Source: Chiloscyllium plagiosum
Taxonomy: Eukaryota
Assembly: GCF_004010195.1 (NCBI RefSeq)
Contig: NC_057730.1
Location: 46,357,609 to 46,421,608, forward strand
Reading direction: 5' to 3'
DNA: 64,000 bases
Part shown: positions 1-13,299 of the stretch, one piece after another
How positions within the stretch are numbered: the stretch's first letter is position 1
How the letters are laid out: each line of letters opens with the position of its first letter
Notes under the pieces: generated by a model
Told to the model about the DNA's origin: nothing
Seen by the model: the letters and a program-made list of their open reading frames with translations, nothing else
The model's database searches: none
Position numbers and translations under genes: made by a program

Positions 1-559
1 AGAGCAAAATTTTAAAAAAGAGAAGAAACTAAAAGGAAGCAGGCAGAAGCGGACGAACCCTGAGATCAAGACCTGGCCCAGACACTGTTACTCCGCCATC
101 TTCTTACAGGAATTAGTCTGCTGGTAAAGAACGTCTGCAGCCTCATGTGTACATGCTTCAATGACTAATGCTCACATTAACAAAACTGTGTGTTCCATTG
201 TGGGACCTGACATGCCCAGTAGTGCCATCAGCTGGGGTCATATCAGAATGGGGGATCTTTGAGCATTGAAATTCATTGAATGTAAGAGAAATGTGTATCT
301 TTAAAAAAAAACAGATACGTAGAGGTTCAGGACATAAAACTGGAAGGTTATGGTGATGTTTTTTAGATGAATTGGGCTTTCAAACACTAGTGACATAACA
401 GAGTTAAATTTCATTTTAGTTAGGTACCCTGGCAATTGCCAATTTAGCAGCATTTTCTTTGGGGAGGGGGTGATTGAGGGAAAGGAAACTAGGCTAAACA
501 AGGTGTGAAGGGGAGATGATCCTAACATCCTGAACAATATCCAACTATCAATTAACATC

Positions 560-852
560 ACACAAATATGTTGTGAAACTTGAAAAGATTTACAAAGATG
601 TTTCCAGGGTTGGAGGATCTGAGCTACAGGGAGAGGCTGAACAGGCTGGGGCTGTTTTCCCTGGAGCGTCAGAGGCTGAGGGGTGACCTTATAGAGGTTT
701 ACAAAATTATGAGGGGCATGGATAGGATAAATAGACAGTCTTTTCCCTGCTGGCAGGTGGGACTAGATTGGGTTGGGATATCTGGTCGAAATGGACGGGT
801 TGGACTGAAGGGTCTGTTTCCGTGCTGTACATCTCGATGACTCTATGACTCT
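560..852 (+). mobile_element. CR1 LINE 3' fragment with internal deletion
   Basis: Encodes RFTKMFPGLEDLSYRERLNRLGLFSLERQRLRGDLIEVYKI (CR1 ORF2 C-terminus) and ends in a (gactctat)n tail; very similar to 21240-21700 on the minus strand. Confidence 0.9.
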
Positions 853-949
853 AAATAAATTACCTGCTCCAATCACATTGCAATTTGTGAGACTTCTCTT
901 TGCAAATTGGCTTTTGTGTCTCTTGCATTAAACCACACTTCAAAATGAC

Positions 950-1084
950 GCAAAAACAAAACAGAAATTGCCGGGAAAACTTAGCTGATCTGGCAGCATT
1001 TGTGGAGAGAAAGCAGAGTCAACAGGTAGGGTTCAGTCACCTTTCTTCAGCTTTCGCAGTACTTTGAATTTTGTTTTGCTTAGT
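950..1084 (-). mobile_element. Penelope-derived mini-element, partly inverted, with degenerate hammerhead
   Basis: Flanked by a 12-bp direct repeat cttcaaaatgac (938-949, 1085-1096). The minus strand carries a ctgaagaaagg... remnant; related to 27740-27905. Confidence 0.6.
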
Positions 1085-2847
1085 CTTCAAAATGACAGCT
1101 TTTACAAAGAAATTTGTGACAGAGTGATTGTTCCAAATGGCAAAATGGTCAATCAAATAGCCACCAGTGCACATGCTGGTTTGGTGTGTTTTTTGAAATA
1201 TATTTACTGGAATGTGTATGTAACATTCTCAACTTGAGCTCTAATTATGCAGTTGATTTCTGAAAGCTATCCTGCCTCAGTGTGTAAATGCATCACATGG
1301 TGAGCTATTAAACTGTAGAGACCAATAGTTCAGCTCATTCAATAGACAATGGCTTGGACTCAATTTCTTCATTCACTGGAAGAAAAACTCAAATCGCTGG
1401 AAATACTCAGCAACTCAGGCTGTGAAGACAGAATTAACATTTCATTTTGATCTCCTTTCATCAGAACTGGAAACAAATTAGGAATTTAATGGCACACGAT
1501 CCAGTATAGAGCCAAGGAAAACCATGAATGGGCACAGGGAGAGATGACGGTGGCAAAATGGAGGGCAGGAATGATAAAGTGGTAAAAATGAGATGGAACA
1601 AGACAAAGGTGGGGGGGGGTTATGATAAGAGAATCGAACGATGGAGTCCTGTGGAGCTGTAAGTGACTACAGCAGAACTGTTTCCCATCTCCAGCTGTCC
1701 AACAATATCCAAATTATGATACAAAATTGTTCAACTCAACATCATGTCTGTGAGGGTATAAAGTGCCTGATGGATGAGTTGATGATCTTTGAGGTTCTGA
1801 CTGTGTTAGCAGATTTTGACTGGGGCAGTCATGGCATCACATTTGGTCTGATCACCTTTGTTCACGAGAAATAGAAGATTCGGTCAGGTATCCCAATGCT
1901 GGTCACTATCAGATGTCCTTGGAGAATGTGCTTGTTTGTGGGAATAGTTACTAACAGGCTTGAGCCCAACTGTACCCTTTTGCAAAGACTCTCAACTGTC
2001 TCTGCATGAGCTCAGGCAGAGAAATAACAGGTTTCATCAAGCATGTGAAGAGAGGAAAGAAATGGGGCCAAATTGGTGGGAAGACTTTTAAATTTAACAA
2101 AATAACTCTTTCAATGCTCCCCTTATGTGCCGTGTTATCACTATGATCTTTCCAGCATTTTTTGACATCAGTAGCCTTGACCATTAGAGACATGCTTTTC
2201 TAACATTAACTAATCATTATCACCAGAATTTTATCAGAGCTGGAATTTCTGTTAATACAAAATGGTAACTTCAGTCAAGTATGCAACATCAAATTGACAT
2301 GATCCGTATAAGTAAAATTGCTCCAATGAGTAAGTATAGCTTGAAGGAATTGGATTAGTACAGAAATAAAGTTTAAAATTGATCTAATAGAAACAATGTA
2401 ATTCAATGTCTCAAGATACTAATAACTTCAATTGTTTCATTTTCAGGATCTATTTATTTTAATGCTTACTGCAAATTTCAACAAAATTGTTGGAAATGAA
2501 CAGAAGCCTTTAAGGCACAGACTTTATTTGGAGCCTCTTCTCTATCTCAAGAGTATTGGAGGAACTGGAATATGGTGAATGATCTCTTGGGATAGTTGAT
2601 AACTTGCTTGATACCAAAAGTCCTGCACCCATTACTTCTGCACAGGAGCAAATTTTGATGCAGAATGAAATTTTATCACAATGATATATTGCTCTTCCTT
2701 GACATTGTTGTAAAGTAAGCAAGCATGATGACTGTAACCACTTCAATTTATAAAGTAAAATATTGTATTTAATGCAAGTATAATCTGCCCTTATTTCTGA
2801 CAAGCTGATGCTAACGGAGTAACTTAACTATTTTGTCCAACCCCGGA

Positions 2848-3057
2848 ATAAAGGTAAAGTTGCCAGACCATAGGACTGCTCTCTCACTGGAGAGAGATGA
2901 GTGGTGGTGGTTTAACCTGAAGGCCACCATATCTCAGGAAAGGGGAAGAGGTTAGAATGGAGAGTCCTTCAGGGTACCCTTAGCCAGTGTGGGAATTGAA
3001 CCCACACTGTTGGCATCACTCTATATACAAGTCAGCCATCAACCAACTGAATTAACT
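2848..3057 (-). mobile_element. old tRNA-derived SINE
   Basis: The minus strand has an A-box/B-box-like head (ttcagttggttga...gggttcaattccc). A related decayed copy at ~59840-60360 is split by a V-SINE. Confidence 0.55.
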
Positions 3058-3278
3058 CACCCTGACCACAAACAAACTTACTGATGATGGTAAGCAGTTA
3101 CTCTATTCTTTCTGCTCATTTATTACAGTAATTATTCAAATATAAGGGTGCTCACTTTATTTAAAAATTATATCCACATTAATATTTCAATATAAATCTA
3201 TTTGATAAACCAAGTCAGAGGGTGCAATTAAGCATAGAAATACAAAGCAGAATTTATTGTCCTGCTGCTAAGGTGACT

Positions 3279-3287
3279 TTCCTTGAA
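3279..3287. promoter_or_regulatory. candidate STAT5 GAS element upstream of IGFALS
   Basis: TTCCTTGAA matches TTCN3GAA, about 0.92 kb upstream of the IGFALS ATG; a chance match is possible. Confidence 0.3.
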
Positions 3288-3976
3288 GTTTGAATGGTCT
3301 AATTAACACAGAGGTCAATTAGAGTCTAATTCCTCCTGGTTACTGCAAATATAACCAAAATACACCAACAGTTATAGTAAATTGAAATGCTGAAGTGATA
3401 ATATAAGCACATCAAAGCTTGTTTCAGAAATGAATCATTCCAAACAGGTTGGTCTTGGATGGGGGTTACAGGGGGATTAGTGAGTAAAGTTTGCTTTCAA
3501 TCCATTCCATCGTTATGCTAAACTATTCCTTACCAATAAGGTTTTCTCCTCACTTTGTGGTACCTGCATTTTGATGTGAAAAGTGCGACAAAAATGCAAA
3601 CTGACACTATGATTTATTTGTGTGGTAAATGCCCCCTATAAATTGCACCAAATGAATTCACAACTACTGTCACGACAGTTTAAATGGTATCTTTGAGCCA
3701 GGTGCTAAGTGGAGGTAAAGATTGCATAATGCTTCAAATAAATGTCACCCTGGCTAGACAAGGTGAACTTATCAGATTTAAGTGGACGTACCTGGTATCC
3801 AGAGGGACACTGTGTTGGCAGCATGCTTTGTGGCTGCAAAGAAGCTAAATATTGCCACATGTGGCTGCACTAAGTAAACAATATTGATTCCTTCTTTACC
3901 ATGTGCCAGCTGTTTATTTTTCTCCTGACCCCATTTTGGCTCATTGCCATTTAGTTGTCCACGCAATCCAGCGATC

Positions 3977-3994
3977 TGTGTGTGTGTGTGTGTG
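3977..3994. repeat. (TG)9 microsatellite in the IGFALS proximal upstream region
   Basis: Read directly from the sequence. Confidence 0.9.
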
Positions 3995-4200
3995 GGAGGG
4001 TGCAGTCTAAAGATTCGTGTAGTAAGGAAAAATGAGACGTTTGCATTGTTGGGCTGGTTAGCTACTGAAAAGAAGTTGCCCCATTGATCCTGAACTTTCG
4101 TAAAATGAAGTGATAATTCTGCATACAGTTTGTGGCTGTATCTGGAGCCAAACAGAAGACAACTGGGAGTTATTATTGTTTGCAGAAAAGGCTTGACAAA

Positions 4201-4216
4201 ATGCACAAATCTGTGG
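4201..4216 (+). CDS. IGFALS: IGFALS coding exon 1 (MHKSV + 1 nt)
   Basis: ATG CAC AAA TCT GTG G followed by the donor gtaag. The phase-1 junction joins in frame to the acceptor at 5839/5840; mammalian IGFALS has the same 16-nt first coding exon. Confidence 0.85.
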
Positions 4217-4489
4217 GTAAGATATTTTTTTCTTCAGAAGGGGGAAGGCTAATACTTGTTTTCTAACCTATAGCATGTGATGGATCTCTACATGTGTATT
4301 TTATTCTCCTTCCTGCAATTTTGTTGTACTTACCTAAAATAGAGATTCACCAGTAATGCAAGTTCATGAAGATTTCATACATTCGACTTGAGCAAGAAAC
4401 ATTCAGAAACAACACAACTAAAAGTTGTTAAGAACCTAGCTATAGACATGGTTCTTTGTTTTGTTGCAAATTTGGAACCAATTTAGACA

Positions 4490-4727
4490 AAAGGGGCAAT
4501 TGCTTTTACAGAGAGGGTGGTTTCGCGTGTGGAATGAACTTCCTGAGGAAGTGGTGGATGCGGACATAGTTACAACATTTAAAAGACACTAAGATAAATA
4601 CATGACTAGGAAATGTTTGGAGGGATATGGGCCAGGAGCAGGCAGGTGGGACTCTGTTGGTTTGGGATTATGTTCAGCATGGCCAGTTAGACTGAAGAAT
4701 CTGTACATATGCTACATGACTCTATGA
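4490..4727 (+). mobile_element. CR1 LINE 3' end in IGFALS intron 1
   Basis: FTERVV..WNELPEEVVDA-like remnant, CR1 3' UTR and gactctatga tail. Confidence 0.8.
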
Positions 4728-5839
4728 ATAATTTTGTAAGATCTCCATCCACTTCTCAGACAAGTGTCAGAACAAGCCTTCTTTGTAATGTCTGTCGTAT
4801 ACAAAAACAGCAAGCTGAAACAAAATCTGCATTTATTCATTGCACTGTATTTTTGAACTGTTCTAGTCACCTTCACCTTGCAGGGGACCCATACAGAAGT
4901 ATTAATGCAGAGTTATTCCATTAATAAATTGGGGTTTGCTATACATATTTCTGATAATTCAAAAGGCTGCTGACTAACTTAAGGGTACATGCAACTAAAC
5001 CTACCATATAATCCCATTGCTGTTACACTGATATCATTCTGCATCAACACTGCTTCACAAATAGCAATGAGTCAAAGGCTCTTTTCACCTGATCTCCAGC
5101 TGTTAGTCAAGACTTAGATGAAAAGCATCATGGGATCTCCAACACCCACCCCAACTGTCTCAGTAGGACCTCAATCCTTCTATACAATCTTACCTATTTT
5201 AAGACTAAGTTTAAAGGTAACTCAGACGGGTAAAGTTGATCACTATGGTTCTTTGTGGAACTAAATAGCAGGACCATTACCCTCAATCTTGGATTGCATT
5301 TAATGAGAAAATCTGGGAATTTGTTTTTTTAAGAAAGCAAGGAATTAAAAACTAACCTTTAATGAGAATTGAAAAAAAACTTCAATTCAACTGAGCACAA
5401 AATGCAAAATTGGTATTATATGAGCAAAATTCATCTTTAGCAATTATTTTTTCCCCATTGTCAAAACAAAAATAATGCAGATTTGAGGTTACAGAAAGAT
5501 AACAGTTCTCAACTATACTTAATGTATTTAACATTTCAAGCATTACAGATACAAAGCAGGCTTCAAAATAAAGTGTGAGGAAAGTATCTCCAAAGCTTCA
5601 ACTTATTTCAGTGTGCAGCTGAGAGCAATTAGACTCTTTGTTAACCTCATGATGCATTGTTAGATCATATGGTCTTAAAAGGCCAATCCAAGTTACAGTC
5701 AAAGATACCCTGACAACAAAATAATACACTGGATGCTAAATAGTTTTGGTCTTTTTGCTGTCAAAGTGGCACAATATTATAAATATTAGCTGAATGTGTT
5801 GTATTCTCTAATTGCATGACGTGTGTGTTTTTCTTTTAG

Positions 5840-7641
5840 AATTTTGCCTTGTATCCGTAATTGTCTGTCAATGGTGTATCCCACTACTGGGGGCAGAACC
5901 ACAGCTACCATTAGGAGGGTCAGCTGATGAAAACATCACTTGCCCTGAAGTATGCACCTGCATTTTTGATGATTACAGTGAAGAACTGAATGTCTATTGC
6001 AGCTCTCGCAACTTTACAAGCATTCCAAACGATCTACCGTTAAATGCTAAAGCCATTTGGTTTGACTCTAATAACTTCACAGTTCTTCAATCCCATGCTC
6101 TCAGGAATATGTCTAATCTGGATTTCTTGAACCTAGAGAATAGCTATATAGTTACGGTCGAGCAGCATGCCTTCGACGGTTTGAAGGTGCTAGTTCACCT
6201 CCATTTGGAAAGGAACAAATTGAAATACCTAGTACCAAATGTATTCCTCCACACTCCATCTCTTGGATCACTCAGTCTGAACAATAACAACTTTGGCAAA
6301 ATTGAAGATGAATTGTTTTCTGGCCTCTCTCATCTCTGGTACCTGAATCTGGGATGGAATAATCTGGCAGTTTTGCCTGCTACAGGCTTTCATGACTTAC
6401 CAAACTTAAAGGAACTTATTTTGGCAGGAAATAGATTAACCTACCTGCAGTCCCAACTGTTTACACGTTTGACAGATCTGAAGGAACTTGATTTATCAGG
6501 AAATTTGTTGAGGGGCATTAAGGGGAATATCTTTGTGAAGCTGCAAAAGCTTCAGAAGCTTTATATGAGTCATAACCAGATCAGTACCATAGTACCAAGA
6601 GCGTTTATGGGGATGAAATCGCTCAGATGGTTAGACTTGTCCCACAATCGCATTACAGTACTACATGAAGAAACATTCTCTGGCCTTCTAAATCTGCATG
6701 TGCTTCGAATGCTCAACAACTCCATCACACAGTTGAAGCCCAAGACGTTCACAGAACTTCAGTTTCTGGAGGAACTCCAGCTTGGGTACAACAAAATCAT
6801 AAGTCTTTCTGAGAATGTGTTTGATGGGTTAGTACAATTGGAAGTCCTCACACTAAACAATAATCAGATTCAGCAGATCAAACCAGGAACATTTGTTGGC
6901 CTTCGTGAGGTGGCTGTACTGAACCTATCCAGCAACTCCTTAAAGAATTTACCAGACCATTCATTTACAGGTCTTATTAATCTACATAGCCTGCATTTAG
7001 AAAATAACGCATTCACCAGAATTCAACCAAACACATTTTCTGGATTGTTCTGCCTTCGAAGACTCTTCCTGCAAAACAATTACATTTCGGTTATTCAGAA
7101 TCAGAGCCTCAGTGACTTAAAACAGCTTTCGGAACTGGATTTCAGATACAACAAACTAACACAGATATCTGTTCAGGCCTTTGTTGGTGTACCAAATCTG
7201 GAGTATCTACTATTAAAATGCAACGAACTTCAATACATTTCTGAAACCACCTTTCAACCTTTACACCTCCTCTCGTGGCTTGATTTATCGGAGAACTTCA
7301 TTGAGTTTTTCTATAATTACACTCTGACACCCTTGACAAAGTTAAAGTATCTGAACCTTAAGAGCAACTCTTTAAAGCACTTCCCCCCACAGCTTTTGGA
7401 GCAGGCAACACAATTGGAGCAACTACTGCTTGGGGGTAACAATTGGCACTGTGACTGTTTGCTAAAGTCACTCAGAGATTACTGTCTAAGGAATCCCCAC
7501 GTAGTTCCCCGTTATTTCGAATCAGCAGTAGAAGATGGTACAATCATGCACACTTACAACAACATCACCTGTGCAAGCCCAAAAACTATTGCGAGCACAG
7601 ATTTGAGGGACATTAGTGAGGACTATTTTCGTAATTGTTAA
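5840..7641 (+). CDS. IGFALS: IGFALS exon 2: IGF-binding protein acid-labile subunit (signal peptide, LRRNT, ~19-20 LRRs, LRRCT); spliced protein 605 aa
   Basis: Acceptor ttcttttag at 5831-5839. LRRNT is CPEVCTCIFDDYSEELNVYCSSRN, followed by 24-aa LRRs and a C-terminus YNNITCASP...DLRDISEDYFRNC typical of ALS. Adjacent to NUBP2 as in other vertebrates. Confidence 0.95.
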
Positions 7642-9215
7642 TATCAAGAGCAAGATGCATTCCTGCAATCATCACATGCATTTTGCCCTAGTATTTTAAC
7701 TGTGACAACCAGGTGTACATTTCATATGTAATTATAAGTATACCAAGTGAAATCAAGGCTAGACAGGCCTATTTGGTTTGGATCCCAATATTACCAATCA
7801 AATTTACAATGAATAGGACAATTCGTTCGGCTTAGTGTGTTCTATTAAGCTCATCATAATAGCTTTAGAAACAAAGTTTGGTCATTGTCTTAAAATCATA
7901 ATAACAGCACTGACTGGAGTGTTAGTCTCTAACCTTAGTAAAATGTCTACAAAGTATCACAAGTTATCACAGACAACCAAAACTATGATTGGAACAAGTT
8001 CCTTATCACTTTAGAGTGAAAGCTACTCGGGTTGGAGGAGAGGGTCACTGTGGTAGAAAATAGGTCTGAGTGTTCCGTGCTATAACAATTCCGTGATTGT
8101 GTAAGTGATATGAAGTAAAAGAAAATTGTGAGTTAAACTAAATAAGCTAAACATGACAAACTTGTCTCAGCAACAGGGAGGGTAAATATGGATTAATTTA
8201 TTTCAGAACATTTGAGCCACAAATAATTTCACTCAAATCTATACAAATAATTAATAGAGAAATTTTGCCCCTTATTACTAATTCAGATAACTGAAGTGTA
8301 ATCGGTTACCAAATGACAAAATGTTTGTTGAGTGTATTTAATGCAGTGCATGTTACCAATGAACATAACACGGATATTAGGTCAGTTTCTTTGGGACAGA
8401 TCCATAGGCCAAACACTTTGTTGTTAGTCTTTTAAGTAATGATGGTCATTGTTTGATCGGAAATAAATGCATGCTCCAAAATGACAAATTTTTTTTGCAA
8501 AACTTCAAATACCTTTGCCATACCTTTTTCCTGTTGTCTCCTGTACACTCTACTCCTAAGCATCCCCAAATCCCATTCTCATCTCTTGCTTTTTGCTCCA
8601 TATGGAGAAATGGTTTATTGTGTTTTCTCCAACACTGCAGCTCAAAATTGGATAGAAACATGGGGACCAGGTGGCTATTAACTGCACCCTGTGCTTTTCT
8701 ATTTCGATTTGATCTTGATTAATTAGGCAAGTGCTCCCATTGTAAGCAGAAAGGTTCCTCTTCAGAGAGCTGCACAGTTCAATATTGTTTATCATTCACA
8801 GCTTAGAAGACTCATACTTGAAAACTGACTCTGAAATGGTCATTTTAAAAAGGGTTATTCTACAATGGTGACATGAGTAACAAGGCAGGCATGTGGAATT
8901 GAAGCACCCAGCCATATTAATAAACTATAGTGGAGACTCATCGACTTCTATTCTTAAAAATTACATACAAATTAACAGAGTAAAATAGTGAGGTTATGGT
9001 AGACATATTGTTATGGAAAAACAGTAAGCTGTTTTACCAGGCTCTGCTGTACCTAAATCAGTAACATCTTAAACCGGTCCTTCACTTGATGGTAAAAAAT
9101 CTCCCTAAAATATATAATTTAACATAACTTGGGGGAAGAGAATCATTTTACAGTTGTTAGGGAATCTTTTATGTGCAGTTAAATAATTATTTGTAACAGA
9201 GACTTTGAGACTGTC

Positions 9216-9303
9216 AAGAGTGTGGTAATGGAAAAGCACAGGTCAGGCACCATCTGAGGAGCAGGAGAATTGACATTTCAGGCGTAAGTCCTTCATCAGG
9301 AAT
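9216..9303 (-). mobile_element. Penelope-derived mini-element with hammerhead-like core
   Basis: The minus strand reads attcCTGATGAAGGACTTACGCCTGAAATGTCaattctcctgctcctcagatg; same family as 24609-24727. Confidence 0.7.
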
Positions 9304-10092
9304 TGAGTAGACTGTCCAAATGCAATTTTATTACACAAGACACCAATTGTATAACAATACATTAATACAATCTAGTTTCTTGCAGACCCAAGGTGATCTA
9401 ACTTAGCCTCTGTTATGTTTTGAACTTCTGACTATCCTGTTCCGAGTTTCTATGTACCCTTCCTGAGCAAATTACATCATGATACCTAACACATATACTC
9501 TTTCTTGTACAACCTGCAGACTTGGCATAATGGCCACCCTGATGGTTTAACAATTACTTGTTTAAAAATGACTTCATTGATCCATCAGCAAGAGCAGCTG
9601 CACTGGACTTTTTTTTTTTAATACTTGGTACTCAACTAGCCACTGCAGTGATGGAAAGGAAAACAAAAAGCATAGAATGAGAAGTGGGGTGCATTGGATT
9701 AAAAGCATGTGAATTTGTAATTAGGGTTTTTGATTGTGCTGCCAACTCAGGAATGACTGCTATTCTGTAGCGCTTCTGAGCTAGATAAGGACTTTTTATC
9801 TTTCCTATCAGCAATGAACAATTATTCATGTTGACTGGACTCCCTAGAATACTGGAAAGTTATATAATTATGTGTACATCAAACCAAGGAAGCAGTGATT
9901 TGTTTCAAGCTGAATGAGAGTTTAAAAGCATTACTCCAATTTTTGACACAAGCACAATACCCAGGAAACAATGATTTTGGCCATAAATAATGCCTATTAC
10001 AAATGAAACAGAATAATGCAAACAATCTCAAACACTTAAGTGCTTAGGCATACCCCAATGCTTGCACCATCATACGATGAGATGGGATGTAG

Positions 10093-10257
10093 GAGAAAGT
10101 AAGGGCTGCAGATGCTGGAGAGTCAGAGTCGAGAACGGTGGTGCTTTAAAAGCATAGCAAGTCAGGTAGCATCTGAGGAGCAGGACAGTCGATGTTTTAG
10201 GCATAAGCCCTTCATCAGGACATTCCTGTGTTTTTCCAGCACCACCCTTTTCGACTC
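10093..10257 (-). mobile_element. Penelope-derived mini-element with short inverted segment
   Basis: 15-bp TSD tgagatgggatgtag (10078-10092, 10258-10272). The minus strand has CTGATGAAGGGCTTATGCCTAAAACATC, a hammerhead with a mutated GAAA. Confidence 0.8.
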
Positions 10258-11715
10258 TGAGATGGGATGTAGCCAATTGTTCCAGCCAATGGTTTCTGGA
10301 TATCTGAATTCAAACTTTATAATCACATTAGATATAATTAAGTATAGGATTCAGGAAAATACTAACAGGTTTCTAATATTAATACACTTGTCCTACAAAA
10401 TAAGTCACAGGGATGCAAGCCATCCAAAACTGATATTCTTTAGAACATTATAAACCAGAAATAGATCATTCAGTTAAGCTGCAGCCCATCTTTAACTTGC
10501 ACCTTGCACAGCAGAAATCAAGGATGGAAATTTACAGTATTGGGCTGTAGTTAAAAATGGTTCACCTTCAATTCTTTAATTATAATTCCACTTATTCCAG
10601 AATATGCCAAGCAATTCCTTTATTTTTGTTGTTTCCTGTTTCTTTGATATCCACTCAGGCATGAGGATGCAACAAATCCAAATCCGGAGTTGTGTCCCTC
10701 CTCACAATAGCACCAGAGCATTCCTCTTGTGTTTGCTTTTCAAGAAAATCTTGACATAATTCAAAATCAAACCTCACATCAGTCATTCAACACAAATGTT
10801 TGTGTTACTAGGCTAACAAATAACACTCTTTTTGCAACACCCTACCATGAGGCCAACTGAGATCATGCTATTAAACAACCTTAAATCAGCAAGTAATATA
10901 GTTAAAATAACAAAGCTAGCTTCAGATTACTACACATGGCATTACACACATTAATAATTCTGTGTTTGATTGTGTCAGGGTTTTGCTTATGCAAATTAAT
11001 TTTTCTTAAGAATCCTAATTTCAGAAGCAAACCACTTGAGCATTTGATTATAGTAATGAGTTTCTTTAATAAAATAAAAGCAAAACTTTTAAAATTAAGT
11101 TTACAGATGACAATGCTCACCAAAAGAAGTGAAAATCTTAGCTGCAGATGACATCTTTAATAAACAGAGTTACACAGGGCAGTCAAACAGACTCTGAACT
11201 ATTTCTACATTTTTTTGCTAACTTAAACTATTTCAAATCTTTGACTGATTCCTAACATGGAGGCTTTTTTTCTCCCTCATTTTCCAAAGTTTTGTTTCAC
11301 TCTATATTGCACAAATTCGGTTAGCCTTGCGGCTGGAGTACTTTCTGCAAAGTGTTCCCACCTCAAGGAGTTGTAAATAATAAGAGCGGATGACCTCCTA
11401 AATCCACCACTCTAAATGCAGCATCACATTAATATCTAGAACAGAATGTCTGGCATTGTAAATACAGTTAATTTCAAACACATGTTGAAAGTGTTCTAGC
11501 ACTTCCATAAAAGTAACTGGGTACAAATAATTGATTTATAATTCCACATTTCCATTGGTATAACAAAAGGCATTAATGGTCCAATATTCAAGTGTTTCCA
11601 TTTCTGGAAAAAAAATTGATTATTTTATTCTTACATTCCAAGAGTAAGAGCTCTTTATGCTTCTATTCTGCAATTCGCCACCTCAGCAGTTTGATATGAA
11701 TATACAAGAATAATC

Positions 11716-11870
11716 TCATGTATGAAGTGCTGAAGATTCATTATTGTTGCTTAAAATTTTTTCCACTATGTTATTAATAGCATCAAAGGTTGCACTCTTT
11801 GGAAAAGCCTGGATGAAATTTCGACCTTCCTCCAGACTGTGAGACAATTGAGGATCCAGAGGAACACACC
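11716..11870 (-). CDS. NUBP2: NUBP2 exon 7 (last)
   Basis: tag|GG TGT GTT CCT CTG GAT... gives (G)CVPLDPQLSHSLEEGRNFIQAFPKSATFDAINNIVEKILSNNNESSALHT*. Confidence 0.9.
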
Positions 11871-12925
11871 CTATAAGAGATGTAAAAAAGAATTGTACTT
11901 CAAAAACTAAAAATAAAAATCATCACCAACAAATCAATTAATTCAATGGCTTATGACTGTGAAAACAAATCCAAACTAGGGTAAGCCGCAACAAACATCT
12001 ACAGTAAATGAAGAGGAAACTTCTTACAGCCTTGAAATGACAAGGTGAAATTAAAAAGTTGAGTTCATGTCTTGGCTAACATTCTTCAGTTAAAAATACT
12101 CAGACATTTTTAACTTCGATTTACCATAATTTCAAGGCTGTTAAAGCTATAACAGTTACAGTCACTCATTAAGAGTAAGCTTTTTAAGAGGAAAGAAATG
12201 CATACAAGTATAAAAAATACACATATTATATTCAGTTTATACAATCAAAATAATTCATGTATGGATCAGACACAGTTTTTCTTTTTATTTCGGCTGAACA
12301 TCTCGTCACGAAGGTGGGAATGTCAAAATAAAACTATTGAAAGATACACATAAGGGAGTTCTTCTATTTAAAAAAATATATAGTTCTTCAATGCCGCTAT
12401 AGCAATATTTTTAAATAAAAATACCATGTGCAATGATTTTTCATGAAGCTGCTCTCAGAATAATAATGTGCTTTCTTTTCATGCATCCAAGTGTTCGACC
12501 CCATATATTAATCTTGCTTACATGCCTGGTCCATTAGACAATGTGCCAATGCTGAACAAGTGGCCACATGCTAGCACATTTAGGACCAATATCAAAATGG
12601 TCTGCACATCTGAAAAAATGTTCTAGTAGTATACCACTTTGAAATCATTTAAACGATAGGTGAATGCAGTAATTCACATGAGACACGGAAAATTGTATGT
12701 TTCTTTTAGATGGTTCAAAAAGGATCCTTCATTTGTAACCATTTTCTTAATTATTCAAATTTCATATGCATTCATTAAAAAGCAACCTCCACAGACGCAC
12801 CAATCCTAAACATTCAGCAGAGGTCTTAGGTGCCTTAGAAAGATGCAATGCTAAATACATACAGACTCAAATTATAACTTTATTTTGTTCAAAGCTCTTC
12901 CACAAAATGAACCCAACACATGACA

Positions 12926-13077
12926 CAGAGGGACCTTGAATATCCGACATACAATTAACCGAATTTCCGGATAATCCGAACTTGGTCCCGATACTTGGTT
13001 AACGATGTTATCTTGCACTCGATTAACTGAACGAAACACATCCCGTCCGGGTCCTTCAGATAATCGAGGTTCCTCTG
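12926..13077. mobile_element. Tc1/mariner (pogo/Tigger-like) MITE
   Basis: Imperfect TIRs cagagggaccttgaatatccga / tcagataatcgaggttcctctg with TA on the right side; same TIR as 32396-32522. Confidence 0.7.
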
Positions 13078-13229
13078 TATACTAATCATAAAGTGTACCT
13101 TTACAGATTGTGCTTTATAAAGAAATCCTTTTGTCGCATGATCTTGGCCAAGCATCATGGCAGTGCTTAAGTGAACTCCAAAACTTGCAATAGAATTAGA
13201 ACTTCAGTAGTTTACTTTAGGATGCTCAC

Positions 13230-13299
13230 CTAAAAATGGAACATGAGACTGCTCAGCAAGTGCTTCACCTCCTCCGCTGGAAAATATATTAGTGCATTC
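13230..13299 (-). CDS. NUBP2: NUBP2 exon 6
   Basis: cag|ECTNIFSSGGGEALAEQSHVPFL(G)|gtgag, 70 nt. Confidence 0.93.

Noticed and set aside
1-105. aagatggcgg (minus strand) as a gene start
   Set aside because: No CpG island or splice support is visible; it may be a retroelement 5' end cut by the window edge and cannot be resolved.
3778-4206. 142-aa minus-strand ORF upstream of IGFALS
   Set aside because: Non-ATG start, runs through a microsatellite, and has no homology signal; it is antisense to the promoter/5' UTR.
5812-5839. ORF-track start of the 609-aa LRR protein
   Set aside because: The TTG lies in the intron's acceptor region; the real start is at 4201.
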